Below, one piece after another: positions 61,679-64,000 of a DNA stretch of 64,000 bases. Numbering within the stretch: the stretch's first letter is position 1; every line of letters starts with the position of its first letter. The DNA is from Callorhinchus milii (Eukaryota). Below the pieces are notes generated by a model that had not been told where the DNA came from, searched no databases, and worked only from the letters and a program-made list of their open reading frames with translations. The stretch covers positions 2,914,001-2,978,000 of the forward strand of contig NW_024704749.1 in the NCBI RefSeq assembly GCF_018977255.1, written 5' to 3'. The position numbers and the translations under genes are program-made.

Positions 61679-63889
61679 CTGTAACGAAAAGATTTTGCAC
61701 TCAGATAATGTCCATTATTTGATAACACGAAGTACAGTTGAAAACTAAATATCAAATCTTTGTATCAAATACTGCAACGTGTTCTTGTTCTGTTGATAAT
61801 GATCTTGAACAGTGACAATGTCCGTCCATAAATATATTAAATCAGTGTGAAGCGGATATTGTTGTTAAGGGATGCTCACCAAACACTCTGTGGCTTATTA
61901 TCCTATCTCCAGATTAACACGATTCCATTTACGAAATGAAAGACTGCAATCACCAGAAACGACAACAGCCACTAAAACCAGATCACTGTGAATACTGACG
62001 GGAGCAGCTGATTGACAGCGCAGTAAAACCTTCGGATTATTAATGATATCTCTGTCAAAACTCATTCACACGATAGAAAATTCCTCCCACCAAAATGCAG
62101 TCAATTCACTTAACGGTATACTCTGTGAAGCGCTTTGAGACGTCTCGAATACGTGAAAAGGGTTATACCAAATTCAAGGCTTCATTCCGATGAATTCTCT
62201 CGAAACATCCAACTGTCGCCTCTATTTCCAACACTGCCCAATTCTGGGAAGAAATGTGTGAACGCTTGAGTACTTTTTGGAGATTGAATAATCGCTATAC
62301 AATGGCTGGGCACAACTTATACTTTCTCTGATGTCCTTTCCTGAGTCGAGGTGGAACGGGATTCAAGATTGACGGTTGTGCGGATAAACAATGACGGATT
62401 TCAACAAACTGGAAGATGGTCCAGAATACAAATAACAATTCACACTTGTACAGAGCCTTTCACCTTGACCACTTACAACCAGATGATCATCATAATAATA
62501 ATCCTTGCATTGCTTATAGCACCTTACCACATCTTCGAGACGTCTCAAAGCATTTCACAGAAGATACTGTGAAGTGAATTGACTGTACATTTTGCGAAAG
62601 AACACGAAAAGCATCAGAATCCGAAACTGGTTTGTGTACAATCTCCTGGTTCAAAACATAACGAAATGAAACGAGCTATTTATAAATAAAAGCAGAACAT
62701 TGACAGTTATAAGGATAACGAATCGGTTCCAATAGGTAGCCTTCGGAATTACAGCTGATCGGGATTATTGTAAACCCATAATTGTTTTATTGCACGCCCT
62801 ATAAAAACAATCAGTCTTTCGACAAAAAAGTTTTAGAGACACGAACGGCAGTTATTGAAAACCTGGAAATCCGGTGGGAAAAGGAAAGGGGTTCGCTTTG
62901 CTCAAATGCTGTATGAAGGAAAAGTCAAAACATTAAGCATTTGAGCAGCAAAATAAAGGAAAGATTCAGCAGCTGGAAAGAATGAATGCCAATTTCACAA
63001 AGTTTCATAGGGCGCTTGAAGTATATTGCATTGCATTTATAATAAATATGACTGCGCGGTAGACAGGAAATAATCAAGTTACATTTCCATAATTTAGATA
63101 ACATTTTTCTTTCATTTCTGCTTTGACCAGATTGAGCCGCCGCTCAACAGTCTGTGCCTTCACTCAGCGCCGGTTCACATCTGAACAATTACAGCAACTT
63201 GTGGGGAAACACTTGTGACATTACTGAGTCTCTGCTGCTGATTACAGTGGTGCTCCCCTCAGCGACATCAAACACCGAATCGGGAGAAAATAAAACATGT
63301 TAAACAATCAAATATCCGAATACAACTCTGCGGAAAGAACATAATAGATATATCGACTAATGGGAAGAATAACACAAAGGTTCTTTGCACAAGTCTAATT
63401 TCTGTCAAAATTCGCATTAATTCACTGAGCCGATCATAACATTGGAATTGTTCTCAAATAATGGATTAGTTGCTTATGTGAAATACTGGTCAGAGACACC
63501 TTTCTCAGAGTAATTCCCGGTCATCTGGGTTATAGTTGAAGACTGTTACTGGTTCTCTTGGATGTTTAACGTCTTGAAATATTCAAGTATTTACGAACGA
63601 GAAACATTTCTACGATGTTTTTTCATCTGAGATTGAACTCCTCACCAATCGGTTCAGCTATCCTTTGGAAAGCTGTTGGTTACCTTTTTGTGTTGGAGAT
63701 TCAAACCCGTGGGTGGGTTGGCGGTGATTGGAAGTAATCATATCAATGATAACAATAAAATGAATAAATCTGGTAACTGGAATTTGGTTGTCTAATGCAA
63801 ATCAAAATAATTATTGGAAAGTCGAAACAACAACAATATTTAGCTTGAACCCACCACGTGCAAAGTGTAGAATGCCAAAGATCACTTAC

Positions 63890-64000
63890 TTTTCAAACTC
63901 AGTTCACTCCCTTTACCGAAAAAGAAGTGATACGGACTGCTCTTATGCCCGGCACCACAGGAGTAATCGGCGGCGTCCTCAGCTTGCACACCGCTGATGG
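63890..64000 (-). CDS. IGLV: Germline-joined VJ exon, cluster E (3' part; 5' end beyond the window)
   Basis: [36 protein letters not shown], donor GTAAGT at 63889. Confidence 0.93.

Noticed and set aside
1-64000. Novel multi-gene or prokaryote-type system
   Set aside because: All convincing coding sequence is Ig light chain or retroelement-derived; the remaining short ORFs show no coding signal.

Overview
Vertebrate genomic DNA, not prokaryotic: an immunoglobulin light-chain locus of a cartilaginous fish (shark, ray or chimaera; species not determinable here). It is a head-to-tail, minus-strand array of lambda-like (chondrichthyan type II) clusters, each leader exon - intron - germline-joined in-frame VJ exon (no RSS) - ~2.0-2.3 kb intron - single C exon. 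Four complete, apparently intact clusters (A: C 1076/VJ 3418; B: 16260/18881; C: 33184/35753; D: 46071/48603) and a fifth (E: C 61356; VJ cut by the window end) are present. Decayed parts lie between them: an orphan frameshifted C exon (12.2-12.6 kb), a doubly deleted pseudo-C (10.4-10.7 kb), a degenerate joined VJ pseudogene missed by the ORF track (55.3-55.65 kb), and several relic intron and 5'-flank blocks. Spacers carry L2-clade LINE fragments, tRNA-derived SINEs sharing the L2 3' tail, one CR1 fragment and one solo LTR. Main second-look signals: C exons are ~99% identical even at silent sites and in pseudogenes while adjacent flanks have diverged much more; V paralogs B/C/D differ only by amino-acid-changing substitutions concentrated in CDRs; clusters B-E are sequence mosaics; and extra octamer motifs lie in the J-C intron and 3' of C. 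Identity figures are by-eye estimates unless exact counts are given.
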